Part shown: positions 9,819-20,455 of the stretch, one piece after another
How positions within the stretch are numbered: the stretch's first letter is position 1
Layout: the number at the start of each line of letters is the position of its first letter
Source: Minisyncoccota bacterium
GTDB taxonomy: Bacteria; Patescibacteriota; Minisyncoccia; Phycocordibacterales; UBA2100
Reading direction: 5' to 3'
Assembly (NCBI GenBank): GCA_043780835.1
Contig: JAYWCB010000001.1
Coordinates: 35,896-99,895, forward strand
DNA: 64,000 bases
Program-made: the position numbers and the translations under genes
Notes under the pieces: model-generated
The model's database searches: none
The model's input: the letters and a program-made list of their open reading frames with translations, nothing else
What the model was told of the DNA's origin: nothing

Positions 9819-10543
9819 ACGAAAAATTTCATCTCGAAACAGAAGCGTTCCACGGGCCGCTCGAGGCACTCCTTGACCTGATCGATGCCCGCAAGCTTTC
9901 GATTACGGAAGTCTCATTGGCAGACGTAACCGATTCGTATTTGGCGTATATTGAAAAACTTCCGGAGATGCCATTAGGAGAGACTGCGCAGTTTATTCTT
10001 GTTGCCTCCACGTTGCTGCTTATTAAGTCTCGCACGCTTTTACCGACACTCACCCTCACGGAAGAGGAGCGGGAATCCGTCGATGAGCTCGAGCGGCGTC
10101 TTGCACGGTATGCGATTGTGCGACGAGCTGCACGCGCATTGCGAAAGCAGTGGGGTACTGCGCCATATCATTTTCCAAAACGTGCACCGATTCGCACGCC
10201 AATCTTCAATCCCGCAGAAGCGACGATTGCTGCTGCGGCAGCAATGCTGAAGCGACTCATAGCTCTTTTGCCCAAGACAGAAACCCTTGTCGAGGCGGCG
10301 ATTGCACCGATTCTTGCACTGGAAGACGTGATCATGCACCTCAAATCCAGGCTCGCGACTGCATTCAAGACACGCTTTTCAGAACTCACCATGACAAAAG
10401 ATCGTCACGAAGTGATTGTATATTTTCTCGCAATGCTCGAGCTGGTGCGCAGCGGATCCGCGTCTGTCACCCAGGACAAATTATTCGATGACATCACCAT
10501 CGAATCCGAAGGTGTACATGGTGTACCGCGCTACGGCGTATAA
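9815..10543 (+). CDS. scpA: Segregation and condensation protein A (kleisin)
   Basis: Similar to the ScpA N-terminal and C-terminal winged helix. Overlaps the aspS stop. Confidence 0.75.
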   Translation: MNEKFHLETEAFHGPLEALLDLIDARKLSITEVSLADVTDSYLAYIEKLPEMPLGETAQFILVASTLLLIKSRTLLPTLTLTEEERESVDELERRLARYAIVRRAARALRKQWGTAPYHFPKRAPIRTPIFNPAEATIAAAAAMLKRLIALLPKTETLVEAAIAPILALEDVIMHLKSRLATAFKTRFSELTMTKDRHEVIVYFLAMLELVRSGSASVTQDKLFDDITIESEGVHGVPRYGV

Positions 10544-10550
10544 TGGTGCT

Positions 10551-11141
10551 ATGAATGACGCTTTACCGCTCGCTGATCGTATAGAGGCCCTGCTTTTTTC
10601 CGAAGGCGGCTCGCTGACGATAAAAAAACTTGTACAATTGCTTGGTTGTTCCGAGGATGAACTTAAAGACGGGATCGTACGCCTCGAACAAAAGCGAGCA
10701 GGAAGCGGCATCGCGGTGGTAAAAACGGACACAGAAATAGCGCTTGTCGTGTCACCCGCAGCTGCACAAACTATTGAAAAAGCATTCGAGCGAGAAGTGG
10801 GGAAGGAAATCGGTGACGCCGGACTTGAGGTACTAGCCATTATCCTCTATCGCGGCCCCTCGACACGCTCCCAAATTGACTATATCCGCGGAGTAAACAC
10901 ATCATCTACCATCCGTGCGCTTGCCGCACGGGGCCTCCTTGAGCGCATTGCAAACCCCTCAGACGCCCGAGAATACCTCTATAGGCCTACGACAGAGCTT
11001 ATTGCCTACTTAGGTGTTACAGAGGCGACAAGTCTTCCAGAATATGTTACAATAACAAGCGAATTAGCCGCATTTGAGGAACAGCAAAAGAGCCCCTTTG
11101 ATACCACTCATGCCGAATCAGGAGACCATCAACCGGAATGA
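10551..11141 (+). CDS. scpB: Segregation and condensation protein B
   Basis: Conserved ScpB core 'IEALLF...GGSL', 'LEVLAIILYRGPSTRSQIDYIRGV'. The ORF extends to 10416, but a start at ATG 10551 just after the scpA stop is more plausible. Confidence 0.75.
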   Translation: MNDALPLADRIEALLFSEGGSLTIKKLVQLLGCSEDELKDGIVRLEQKRAGSGIAVVKTDTEIALVVSPAAAQTIEKAFEREVGKEIGDAGLEVLAIILYRGPSTRSQIDYIRGVNTSSTIRALAARGLLERIANPSDAREYLYRPTTELIAYLGVTEATSLPEYVTITSELAAFEEQQKSPFDTTHAESGDHQPE

Positions 11142-12078
11142 ATCTTCCGCACACACCATAACGCGCTACGGATTGGCACTTCTGTGCCTCATTGCCGCAG
11201 CGTCTTTTTTCATAGTGTATGGGTATCTCAATACCGCACAGCCGCCGGTTGTTAAACAAGCTGCTGCCGTTGCTCGAGCTAACCCCTTCGATACTATCGC
11301 TATTGCTGCAAAAGCTGCCGTTGTTATAGATATTTCGACAGGCGAAACACTGTATGAAAAAAACGCAGATACACAGCTGCCGCTCGCCTCACTCACCAAG
11401 GTGCCGCTCGCGGTTGTTGTTGCAGAATCAATGCCGAAAAATTCGAGCGTAACCATACCGGTGGATACGGGGTGGAACAGTAACGCACAACAATTACATC
11501 GGGGTGAAGTATTGCGACTGCAGGATCTGATCGATTACACATTAATCGCAAGCTCCAACGACGGTGCGCAAATTCTTGGGACCGTTGCCGAGTCATCGGT
11601 AAGTCAAAAATATCCACAGGCACCGATTGGAGGCGCAACGCTGTGGCGCATGAATAACCTTGTATCAGAGCTCGGTCTTTCACACACGTATTTTCTTAAT
11701 GTAAGCGGTCTCGACGAAAGTCGCACACAGTCGGGTGCCTACGGATCTCCGCGAGATGTCGCAAAGATTTTTGCCTATGCTGCGCAAAATTATCCTGACA
11801 CATTCACCGGTACGACTCAAAACGGCCGGCTCGTGTATGCAGAAAGTGGCGGAGTCGCATCAGTAACAAATACCAATGAAGCACTCGGCGATATTCCCGG
11901 ACTGATAATGGGTAAAACCGGATTTACCGATCTCGCCGGTGGCAATCTTGCGGTCGTATTTGATATCGGCCTCGCACACCCGGTCGTTGCAGTTGTAATG
12001 GGCTCTACCGAATCAGCGCGTTTTAGCGATATGAAAATTCTCGTAAAAAAGGCACGGGAGTCGGTCATGTCGCGCTAG
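11074..12078 (+). CDS. D-alanyl-D-alanine carboxypeptidase (S11, PBP5-like)
   Basis: Active-site triad motifs 'ASLTK' (SxxK), 'SSNDG' (SxN) and 'GKTGFT' (KTG), with an N-terminal signal/anchor. Start possibly at 11110. Confidence 0.8.
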   Translation: MRNSKRAPLIPLMPNQETINRNESSAHTITRYGLALLCLIAAASFFIVYGYLNTAQPPVVKQAAAVARANPFDTIAIAAKAAVVIDISTGETLYEKNADTQLPLASLTKVPLAVVVAESMPKNSSVTIPVDTGWNSNAQQLHRGEVLRLQDLIDYTLIASSNDGAQILGTVAESSVSQKYPQAPIGGATLWRMNNLVSELGLSHTYFLNVSGLDESRTQSGAYGSPRDVAKIFAYAAQNYPDTFTGTTQNGRLVYAESGGVASVTNTNEALGDIPGLIMGKTGFTDLAGGNLAVVFDIGLAHPVVAVVMGSTESARFSDMKILVKKARESVMSR

Positions 12079-12084
12079 CTCTAT

Positions 12085-13164
12085 ATGGATGCATCACTGA
12101 CTGACATGATTCGTATTCTTGTGCCTGCCACAACCGCTTTTTCTATTGGTATTCTCTGCACGCCCGTTTTGACGCATTATCTCTACACATTTAAAGCGTG
12201 GAAAAAGAAGCCGGGCAAGCTCTCGCTCGATGGCACGCGCGCAGAGGAATTCAACCGATTGCACGAAAAACACGAGGTCCGTGCGCCGCGTATGGGCGGT
12301 ATTGTCATTTGGGGAAGCGTTCTCATTACGGCGCTTGGACTTTCGGTTGCGGCACACATTATCCCCGGTGCCGAAGTTCTGCGACTTGATTTTTTAAGTC
12401 GCAGTCAGACATGGATTCCACTAGCCGTACTCATCATCGGTTCGCTCGTCGGACTCGCGGATGATTTGTTGATTATTCAGCCAGAGGGTCAGGGGCTACC
12501 ACTGCGACTGCGACTTATTATTGTCGTGCTGTTATCGGGATTTATCGGGTGGTGGTTTTTCGACAAGCTCGATGTCTCGGCGATCAATGTCCCGTTTTCA
12601 AGTCCGCTCACACTGGGAATATTCATTATTCCATTTTTCATTGTTATGTCGCTGGGGCTATATGCATCGGGAGTCATTGACGGCATCGACGGTCTTTCCG
12701 GCGGAGTCTTTGCATCCATATTTGCCTCGTACACCATCATTGCCTTCGCGCAGCATCAAATTAATTTGGCGGCGTTTTCAGCGGCAATCATGGGTGGGCT
12801 CTTGGCATTTCTTTGGTACAACATTCCTCCTGCACGTTTTTACATGTCTGATACAGGGACCATGGGGCTTACGCTCACCATCGGTACGCTCGCGTTTATG
12901 ACAGATAACTTAAGCGGCGGAGTCGGTATATCGGTTCTGCCGATTATCGGGATGTTGCTCGTTCTCACGGTTGTGTCGGATGTATTACAGGTATTTTGGA
13001 AAAAGGTCATCGGCCGCAAGCTGTTTCGCGTGGCGCCGCTGCATCATCATTTCGAAGCGATCGGGTGGCCGGGGTACAAGGTTGTTATGCGCTATTGGGT
13101 GCTTTCCGTCGTATTTGCGGTTGCCGGAGTGATCATCGCGCTCGCCTCAATTTCAGTCGGTTAA
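12085..13164 (+). CDS. mraY: Phospho-N-acetylmuramoyl-pentapeptide transferase
   Basis: Polytopic membrane protein with MraY motifs ('DDLLI', 'NIPPARFYMSDTG', 'PLHHHFE'). Confidence 0.9.
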   Translation: MDASLTDMIRILVPATTAFSIGILCTPVLTHYLYTFKAWKKKPGKLSLDGTRAEEFNRLHEKHEVRAPRMGGIVIWGSVLITALGLSVAAHIIPGAEVLRLDFLSRSQTWIPLAVLIIGSLVGLADDLLIIQPEGQGLPLRLRLIIVVLLSGFIGWWFFDKLDVSAINVPFSSPLTLGIFIIPFFIVMSLGLYASGVIDGIDGLSGGVFASIFASYTIIAFAQHQINLAAFSAAIMGGLLAFLWYNIPPARFYMSDTGTMGLTLTIGTLAFMTDNLSGGVGISVLPIIGMLLVLTVVSDVLQVFWKKVIGRKLFRVAPLHHHFEAIGWPGYKVVMRYWVLSVVFAVAGVIIALASISVG

Positions 13165-13179
13165 GAGCGACCGCCTGCG

Positions 13180-14307
13180 GTGGTACAATCGGTACCTATG
13201 TCGCGTAATTCGTCGCGGATCGATCGGCCGCTCATCATCATTCTTGCGATATTAATATTCGGAGGGTGTCTTATCTTTGCGTCAGCTGCATTCGGGCTCC
13301 TTGCTCGAGGTGCAACACACACATCATCGGTTGTATTCAATCATTTAGTGCTTGGCGTGGGACTCGGACTTGTCGCACTGGTCGCCTGTATAGTAATTGA
13401 TGTGCGGGTATGGCGCACCTATGCGCCTCATATTTTCGTATTCGCGCTATTTGCAACACTGTTGGTCTTTATCCCGCACATCGGCGCTGAGCACGGGGGA
13501 GGCAAGCGCTGGATAATACTGCTCGGCACCTCTTTTCAACCGTCGGAACTGTTAAAGATCGCGACGGTGATTATATCGGCCGCCTACTATGCGGGTATAA
13601 AAACCAAAGTTTCCACCATTCAGTACGGACTAGGCGGCTTTATGGCGATAATTGCACTGCCGGTGATGATGCTCGTGTTGCAACCCGACTTAGGGACTCT
13701 CGGTATTATCGTCATCGGCGCACTGTCGGTCTATATAGCAGCGGGCGCACGGTGGCGCGATATCGCACTTGTGATGATCGTTGGGTTTCTTGCACTTTCG
13801 GTACTGGTGATTGCGCGGCCCTATGTGCGTGATCGCGTAATGACGTTTTTTAATCCTGCTGTCGGACAACATGATCAGGCGTATCAGATTAAGCAATCAC
13901 TCATCGCAGTCGGTTCGGGCGGTTTTTTGGGTCGTGGATTCGGACAGGGTATACAAAAATTCACCTATCTACCGGAGCCGATGGGAGATTCTATATTTGC
14001 CGTGGCTGCAGAAGAATTGGGTTTTATTGGTTCGATCGTGATAATCGCGTTGTTTGTGTCATTTGCGCTGCGAGGATTAATAATTTCATCGCGAGTTATT
14101 GATCCGTTCGTTGCATATCTGGGCATCGGTACCGTCACGTATTTATCTGTTGAAGCGTTCATAAATATTGCTTCAATGCTCGGCATGGCACCCCTCACCG
14201 GTGTGCCGCTGACCTTTGTTAGCCAAGGAGGATCAGCGATGCTCGTGTCCCTTGCGAGCGCTGGGATTTTGCTCGCGGTCTCGCGACAGCAACGCATTCG
14301 ACAATAA
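13180..14307 (+). CDS. ftsW: FtsW/RodA/SpoVE (SEDS) family peptidoglycan glycosyltransferase
   Basis: Ten TM helices with SEDS signatures ('LQPSELLKIA', 'PDLGT', 'LPEPMGDSIFA'). Confidence 0.85.
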   Translation: MVQSVPMSRNSSRIDRPLIIILAILIFGGCLIFASAAFGLLARGATHTSSVVFNHLVLGVGLGLVALVACIVIDVRVWRTYAPHIFVFALFATLLVFIPHIGAEHGGGKRWIILLGTSFQPSELLKIATVIISAAYYAGIKTKVSTIQYGLGGFMAIIALPVMMLVLQPDLGTLGIIVIGALSVYIAAGARWRDIALVMIVGFLALSVLVIARPYVRDRVMTFFNPAVGQHDQAYQIKQSLIAVGSGGFLGRGFGQGIQKFTYLPEPMGDSIFAVAAEELGFIGSIVIIALFVSFALRGLIISSRVIDPFVAYLGIGTVTYLSVEAFINIASMLGMAPLTGVPLTFVSQGGSAMLVSLASAGILLAVSRQQRIRQ

Positions 14308-14351
14308 AAATACCCGCGGATCGCTCCGCGGGTACGTTGTGAACTCGAAAA

Positions 14352-15762
14352 TTACAAAGATCGAGCGAGTGCCGGCGCGAGACCGATATAGGTTTCGCGA
14401 CGAAGTTTCTTCAGTCGCAGCTTCAGTTTTTGATCGACGTATTCCTCGTCGAGATCGTCGATGAAGTCGTGGATGTCGTTGAGGCCAATTTTGTGACCAC
14501 GTGAGAGCGATTTCAGCGCATCGTACGCGTTGGGGTATCCCACGCTGCGCAAAATAGTCTGTATCGCTTCGGTCAGCACCTCGGGATGTCGCATAAGCGC
14601 GTCGGTGATCGTTTTTTCGTTTGGCCTGATTTTTTTCATGCCCGAAATAAGGTTTTCGTGCGCGATCATGCTGTGTGCGAAAATGGTGCCGAAGTTTCGC
14701 TCCACCGTAGAATCGGACAGATCACGTTGCAATCGGGAAATTTGCAGCTTTCGACCGATTGTTTCAATGAGGCCGTTGGCAATCATGAGATTTCCTTCGG
14801 CGTTCTCGAACTGAATCGGATTTACCTTGTGCGGCATCGCCGATGATCCGATTTCACCTGTGACCGTCGTCTGTACGACCCAGTCATCGCTAATGTATCT
14901 CCACATATCTTGCGAGAAGTCGATCAGAACGCCGTTGATGCGCTTTACGATATCGAATAGCTCGACGTACGTGTCATGCGGCTCTATCTGCGTGGTGAGC
15001 GGATTTTGCTCAAAACGGATATATTTTCCGCCGCGAACATAGGACCCGCACTCGATAAAATGCTTCGCGAATGCAGGCCAATCGATGTTCGGGAACGCCG
15101 CAACCATTGCGGCATAATTACCCGAAGCGCCGTTGAGTTTGAGCGTTATCACAAACCCGTTGAGCTGCCTCATTTGCTTGCGCAAGTCTCGACGCAAATA
15201 CCGCACATTCTTTTCCGAACGTTGTTGGTGTTGCAGCCTGTCCGTGCGTACGGGAGAGCATGGAAAGATCTGCAAACTCATGAGCCATGCCGGTGATTGT
15301 CGCCTCAATGCTTTCAAGCGGCAGCATCAGTTGCTCGACCGCATCGCGAATCATAAGACCATACGCGACGTTATTTACATCTTCCGACGTTTTACCGAAA
15401 TGAATCCACTCAACTAAGTGTTGAAAACCGAGTTGCTCGACTTTCCAGCGCAGCCACAGCTCGCAACTTTTTACGTCATGATTGGTCGCAAGAATGCCGT
15501 TCCAACCTTTTGTCTCGAGTTGCTTGATACAGAATGCATCTTCCGGTGTAAATCCGTGCAGTATATTCAGGAGCTCTGTACCGGGGTCTCGCTCTTTGGT
15601 AATTGCAAGTTCACTGCAATCGATGAGCGCGAGTAAGTAGTAGACCATCTCCTGGACGCGGTACCGGATTAATCCGTACTCGCTAGTAATGGCACGAAGC
15701 GGTGCAGTATATCGTGCATAACGGCCGTCTACCGGCGAGATAACCATGAGCGTGTCAGTCAT
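14352..15762 (-). pseudogene. purB: Adenylosuccinate lyase, interrupted by a single-nucleotide frameshift near 15186-15200
   Basis: N-terminal ORF 15118..15762 ('HFGKTSEDVNNVA', 'LSRTHGQAATPTTFGKE') and C-terminal ORF 14352..15317 ('KLNGASGNYAAM', 'SSAMPHKVNPIQFENAEGN') are both PurB-like in different frames. Total span 1411 nt, equal to 3n+1. Confidence 0.75.
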
Positions 15763-15886
15763 TTCTTGCTCCCTCTGCGTCTCGAACTGTATTGTCCACC
15801 CAAACTATGCCCCAAGGTACATCTCATGTCGATAAAAAAGGATTCTGCCGCTGAAAGGGGTAAGACGTGGTAAAATATGGCTCAAT

Positions 15887-17029
15887 ATGCGCATTGTTCT
15901 GGTCGGCGGGGGCACCGGCGGGCATTTTTACCCGCTCATTGCTATTTCTCAAGGAATAGAAGAAATCTGCAAAGAGCGGACACTTCTGGAACCTGAGCTC
16001 TATTATTTGGGACCGGCACCGTTTGACGCCAATGCGCTCATGGAGCGCGATATTATCCATGTGCCATCTCCGGCGGGGAAAATCCGAAGGGAAGGAAGTG
16101 TTTTAAATATGTTTAGTTTTGTAAGCACCTTTTTCGGTATTCTGAAGTCAATATGGCTACTCTATGATCTGTATCCCGATGTTATTTTTTCTACCGGTGG
16201 ATACGCGGCGTTTCCCACACTGTATGCCGCTCGAATTCTCACGATACCGGTTGTTATATACGACGCGGACGCCACACCAGGGCGCGTCACATTGTGGTCT
16301 GCAAAGTTTGCAAAATGGATCGGTACCGCACATCCGGAAGCAGCGACACATTTCCCGGAAAATGTACGGCATAAAATTGCGCGTGTCGGACACCCTATTC
16401 GTGCAGAAATTGAGCATCCTACTAAAGAAGGTGGGTATGAATTTTTGAAGCTCGATCCGAGCGTTCCTGCGGTATTTATTATGGGGGGTTCGCAAGGTGC
16501 GCAATCGATCAATAATGTCGTGCTCGATGCCGTGAAAGATTTGGTAACACGATACAATGTCATTCATCAGTCCGGTATGGCGAATGTGAAAGAGGTGACC
16601 GGCATTGCGAAATTAATCCTCAAGGAGTCTCCGAATCAGGAGCGATATAAGGCGTATGGTTTACTCAATACGTTGGCAATTCGGATGGCGGCAGGTATAG
16701 CGACAGTCATTGTCTCTCGAGCGGGAAGCGGCAGTATATTTGAAATTGCCTCTTGGGGGATACCGGCGATACTCGTTCCGATTCCTATTGATGTATCTCA
16801 CGATCAGACGGAAAACGCGTTTTCATATGCACGTGCAGGCGCAGCGGTTGTGATTGAGCAGCGTAACCTCACACAACACGTTTTGACAGCAGAAATTGAC
16901 CGACTCATGAATAATCCCGAGTTACGCGTAACCATGTCGGAGGCGGCGCAATCGTATTCACGCCCGCAGGCTGCTAAGAAAATTGCAAATATATTGCTCG
17001 AAACCGCGCTTGAACATGAAACAGTATGA
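15887..17029 (+). CDS. murG: UDP-GlcNAc:lipid I N-acetylglucosaminyltransferase
   Basis: 'GGTGGHFYPLIA' N-terminal motif and GT28 C-terminal domain. Confidence 0.9.
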   Translation: MRIVLVGGGTGGHFYPLIAISQGIEEICKERTLLEPELYYLGPAPFDANALMERDIIHVPSPAGKIRREGSVLNMFSFVSTFFGILKSIWLLYDLYPDVIFSTGGYAAFPTLYAARILTIPVVIYDADATPGRVTLWSAKFAKWIGTAHPEAATHFPENVRHKIARVGHPIRAEIEHPTKEGGYEFLKLDPSVPAVFIMGGSQGAQSINNVVLDAVKDLVTRYNVIHQSGMANVKEVTGIAKLILKESPNQERYKAYGLLNTLAIRMAAGIATVIVSRAGSGSIFEIASWGIPAILVPIPIDVSHDQTENAFSYARAGAAVVIEQRNLTQHVLTAEIDRLMNNPELRVTMSEAAQSYSRPQAAKKIANILLETALEHETV

Positions 17030-18369
17030 AAGTTGTTACCCGTATCGCACCGAGCCCGACTGGGTATTTACACTTTGGTCTTGCCCGAACCGCACTGTTT
17101 AGTTACTTGTTTGCAAAGAAGCACGGCGGAGAATTTATTGTTCGAATCGAAGACACTGATGCGGCGCGCAATAAACCCGAGTACGAGTCAGATATTTATG
17201 AACAGCTGGAATGGCTCGGTCTCAAAGCAGATCACACATTTAAACAAAGCAACAATTTATCGCGTCACAAAGAATGTCTCACTGATTTGATCGATCGCGA
17301 TGTTGCCTATGTCTCCAAAGAGCCGGCCAAGGATGATCCGACGAGGGAAGTTGAGGTGGTGCGCTTACGAAATTCCGGCGAAATTATTACGTTTACCGAT
17401 GCGATCCGCGGAGATATATCTTTTGACACAACAGAGTTGAAGGATTTTGTAATTGCGCGCTCTATCAGCGATCCGCTCTATCATTTCGCGGTTGTCGTCG
17501 ATGACCATGACGAGGGTGTTACCCACGTGATTCGTGGAGACGACCATATTTCAAATACTCCGAGACAAATCCTCATCTTAAAAGCTCTGAATTTTGAAAT
17601 CCCAGAATACGCCCATTTGCCACTTATTCTCATGCCGGATAAGTCGAAGATGTCGAAACGAAAACACGAGACAGCCGTTAAGAATTTTCGCGAAAAAGGA
17701 ATTTTGCCTCAGGCACTCATTAATTACATTGCAATGCTCGGATGGACACCAAAAACAAATCGAGAAATTATGAGCATCGATGAGATGATCTCTGAATTCG
17801 ATCTCCAAGATCTGCACGTAAGCGGGGCCGTCTTCGACATCGAAAAACTTCGGTGGTTTAACCGGGAGTATCTCCACGCAATGCCGGAGCAGGCATTTCG
17901 CGAGGAGTGCTTAGCGGCACTTCACACAGCCCTTGATGCTCGTCACATACCATGGGAAGAACCTATGGCGGAAAAAATTATATTGATTCTGAAAGAGCGC
18001 GTGAGCGCATGGGGTGATATTGCGGAACAGGTTGCAATAGGTGAGTACGACTATTTCTTTGTCGATCCGGAGACAGATGCCGCACTCATCCCCCAGAAAG
18101 GAGATGACGCGTCAATTGCCCGTACACATCTGACCTGGGTGCTTCAGGCGCTTTCCGCAGCGTCTTCAGAAAGTTTTAACGACAGTTCACGTCTTAAGGA
18201 TATTATGTGGGACTACGCGACAGAAAAGGGGCGCGGCTCGGTATTGTGGCCGTTGCGCTATTCGCTCTCAGGTCGTGCCAAGTCTCCTGATCCCTTTACT
18301 ATTGCGTCGCTCATCGGAAAAGAAGCCGCTCTTCGACGAATCGAGAACGCAATCTCAAAATTACTATGA
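17026..18369 (+). CDS. gltX: Glutamyl-tRNA synthetase
   Basis: 'RIAPSPTGYLHFG' (HIGH) and 'KMSKR' motifs. Overlaps the murG stop. Confidence 0.9.
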   Translation: MKVVTRIAPSPTGYLHFGLARTALFSYLFAKKHGGEFIVRIEDTDAARNKPEYESDIYEQLEWLGLKADHTFKQSNNLSRHKECLTDLIDRDVAYVSKEPAKDDPTREVEVVRLRNSGEIITFTDAIRGDISFDTTELKDFVIARSISDPLYHFAVVVDDHDEGVTHVIRGDDHISNTPRQILILKALNFEIPEYAHLPLILMPDKSKMSKRKHETAVKNFREKGILPQALINYIAMLGWTPKTNREIMSIDEMISEFDLQDLHVSGAVFDIEKLRWFNREYLHAMPEQAFREECLAALHTALDARHIPWEEPMAEKIILILKERVSAWGDIAEQVAIGEYDYFFVDPETDAALIPQKGDDASIARTHLTWVLQALSAASSESFNDSSRLKDIMWDYATEKGRGSVLWPLRYSLSGRAKSPDPFTIASLIGKEAALRRIENAISKLL

Positions 18370-19643
18370 AGTCGTCACGTGCGTTTATAGGAATCGCCAT
18401 AGTCATATTGTTGCCGTTTTGTGCTTTTGCACAAAGTGCAGGTGAATTACAGCAACAGATTGATGAACAAAATGCGCAAATTGCGGCGCTCAATAAAGAG
18501 ATAAGTCAGTACACAAAAGAACTAGGAAATACGAGGCAACAAAAAAACACACTTCAAAATAAAATTGGTCAACTCGATCTGCAAAGAAAAAAACTCCTGT
18601 CTCAGGTAAGCCTTACACAGAAACAGATCAATAGTACGCAATTGCAAATTCAACAACTCTCCGCCGGAATCCAAACCCGCGAGGGTTCTATTGCCGTCAA
18701 TAGGGCAGGACTGGCCGAATCAATGCGCCGATTGTCTCAGGCAGAAAAGGCCCCGCTGGCACTCTCCATTCTTTCGTCGGAGTCGGTGACCGATGCGTGG
18801 CAGGATATCGACGCTCACGCATCGCTCGAAGATGCGGTACAAGGCCAAATCCGTACACTTTCGTCTGAAAAACAGTTGCTCAGTCATTCGAAATCGAATG
18901 CTGAGGATAAGAAAAAGGAACTCGATTCTCAAAAGAGTACTCTGGTAACGCAGCAAGGATCGCTCGATGCCACACGCCGCTCTCAGGCAGATTTGCTCTC
19001 AGAAACTAAATCTCAAGAATCGAACTACCAAACATTGATCGCAAAAAAACGAGCGCAAGAATTGAGTTTCGAAGCTTCGCTCCAAGATCTACAATCGAAA
19101 TTACAATACACCATTAATGCTGATCAAATCACACCCGTTGGAAAGGGTATTCTCCATTGGCCGCTTGATCTGGTCCGCGTAACGCAGTCGTTCGGCGATA
19201 CCGCATTTTCTCGCGGCGGCGCATATAACGGAAAAGGGCACAATGGCGTAGATTTTGCTGCGTCGATTGGTACACCGCTTAAGGCGGCACTCTCCGGCGT
19301 TGTGGTCGGCACGGGTAATACTGATTCAGTGCGCGGGTGTTACTCCTTTGGTAAATGGGTAATGATCAAACACGTGAATGGTCTCAGTACGATGTATGGG
19401 CACCTTTCTCAGATAGGTGTCTCGACAGGTCAGTCGGTGTCGACCGGGCAGGTCATTGGCTATTCCGGAGAAACGGGATACGCAACGGGTCCTCATTTAC
19501 ATTTTGGCGTTTACGTTTCTTCTGCAACGCAAATTATAAATTTGGGCAGCGCTACCAAATCGAGAACCGCATGCTCAAACGCAATTATGCCCGTGGTTCC
19601 GCTTTCGGGGTATTTAAATCCGATGTCGTATCTGCCGGGGTAA
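18366..19643 (+). CDS. Peptidase M23 (EnvC-like) with N-terminal coiled coil
   Basis: Signal peptide and a long Q/L-rich coiled coil, followed by M23 motifs 'HNGVDFAASIGTPL' and 'GPHLHFGV'. Confidence 0.8.
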   Translation: MKSSRAFIGIAIVILLPFCAFAQSAGELQQQIDEQNAQIAALNKEISQYTKELGNTRQQKNTLQNKIGQLDLQRKKLLSQVSLTQKQINSTQLQIQQLSAGIQTREGSIAVNRAGLAESMRRLSQAEKAPLALSILSSESVTDAWQDIDAHASLEDAVQGQIRTLSSEKQLLSHSKSNAEDKKKELDSQKSTLVTQQGSLDATRRSQADLLSETKSQESNYQTLIAKKRAQELSFEASLQDLQSKLQYTINADQITPVGKGILHWPLDLVRVTQSFGDTAFSRGGAYNGKGHNGVDFAASIGTPLKAALSGVVVGTGNTDSVRGCYSFGKWVMIKHVNGLSTMYGHLSQIGVSTGQSVSTGQVIGYSGETGYATGPHLHFGVYVSSATQIINLGSATKSRTACSNAIMPVVPLSGYLNPMSYLPG

Positions 19644-19742
19644 GTGGTAAAAAATACCCCCGAGTCAGGCTGGAGTCAGAGTGTTCGAGGTGCTCCAGGT
19701 CGCGTATTTCGACGCAGTTCGGAGGAGTCAGAAACCATTTTA

Positions 19743-20444
19743 TCATATGCCGCGTTTTCCGGACGCTTTCCATTCAACCGAATCAAAGGTTTTTATCTCG
19801 ATAGAATCGGCTTTTCTCAGCTTCAGGTTATCTTTTGGCAAGACATCGTTGTGCGGCGCTTCATCGAGCATGTCGACGAGGTCGACCAGATCGTCATCTG
19901 ATGTCAGCCAGTCGCTGAGGGGCAGTTTCGATAAATCAAACGGCATGGAGTACGCCCGCATTGTTTTCTTGCCGTTATTTAAAAAATATTCGTGAAAGTA
20001 CGAAAGGGCAAGTTCGCGCACCGAGGCGTAGACCGGATCGCGAAATCGTAGAACCGCGTGGTTTGTTTTTGAAATCGCGCCCCAGTGCGATCCTTGTTTA
20101 AACAACGCGACCACATGATCCTGGTCATCGCTCGTCGTCTGGAGATCGAGCAGTAACGGTTTGTGGCCGTTATACATCAGTGCTGCGGCCGCGAACAATG
20201 CGCCCTCGAAGCAGTGCGCCGTACCGGAATCGATCACCCTGCGCACAGACATGTACGTCTCGCCGTTTCGCTCGTGGTTAAAGGGAAGGGTGTTCAAATA
20301 ATCTTGGATCTTTGAAGGGGTATTGAGGCGCGTAAATAATCTCGATTCGACTCCTGACAAAAGAAAGTGTAGTTTTTGGTGTATCGTCATTACATGAGTG
20401 TACCGTATAGTGTTTTGTGTAATTACGATGGCACAAAACGACAA
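19743..20444 (-). CDS. Transglutaminase-like/papain-like cysteine-protease-fold protein (tentative)
   Basis: 'SGTAHCFEGALFAAAALMYNGH' resembles the Cys-containing motif of the transglutaminase-like superfamily. It is the lone minus-strand gene in a plus-strand block. Confidence 0.45.
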   Translation of the reverse strand: MSFCAIVITQNTIRYTHVMTIHQKLHFLLSGVESRLFTRLNTPSKIQDYLNTLPFNHERNGETYMSVRRVIDSGTAHCFEGALFAAAALMYNGHKPLLLDLQTTSDDQDHVVALFKQGSHWGAISKTNHAVLRFRDPVYASVRELALSYFHEYFLNNGKKTMRAYSMPFDLSKLPLSDWLTSDDDLVDLVDMLDEAPHNDVLPKDNLKLRKADSIEIKTFDSVEWKASGKRGI

Positions 20445-20455
20445 TTTCGGCTAGG

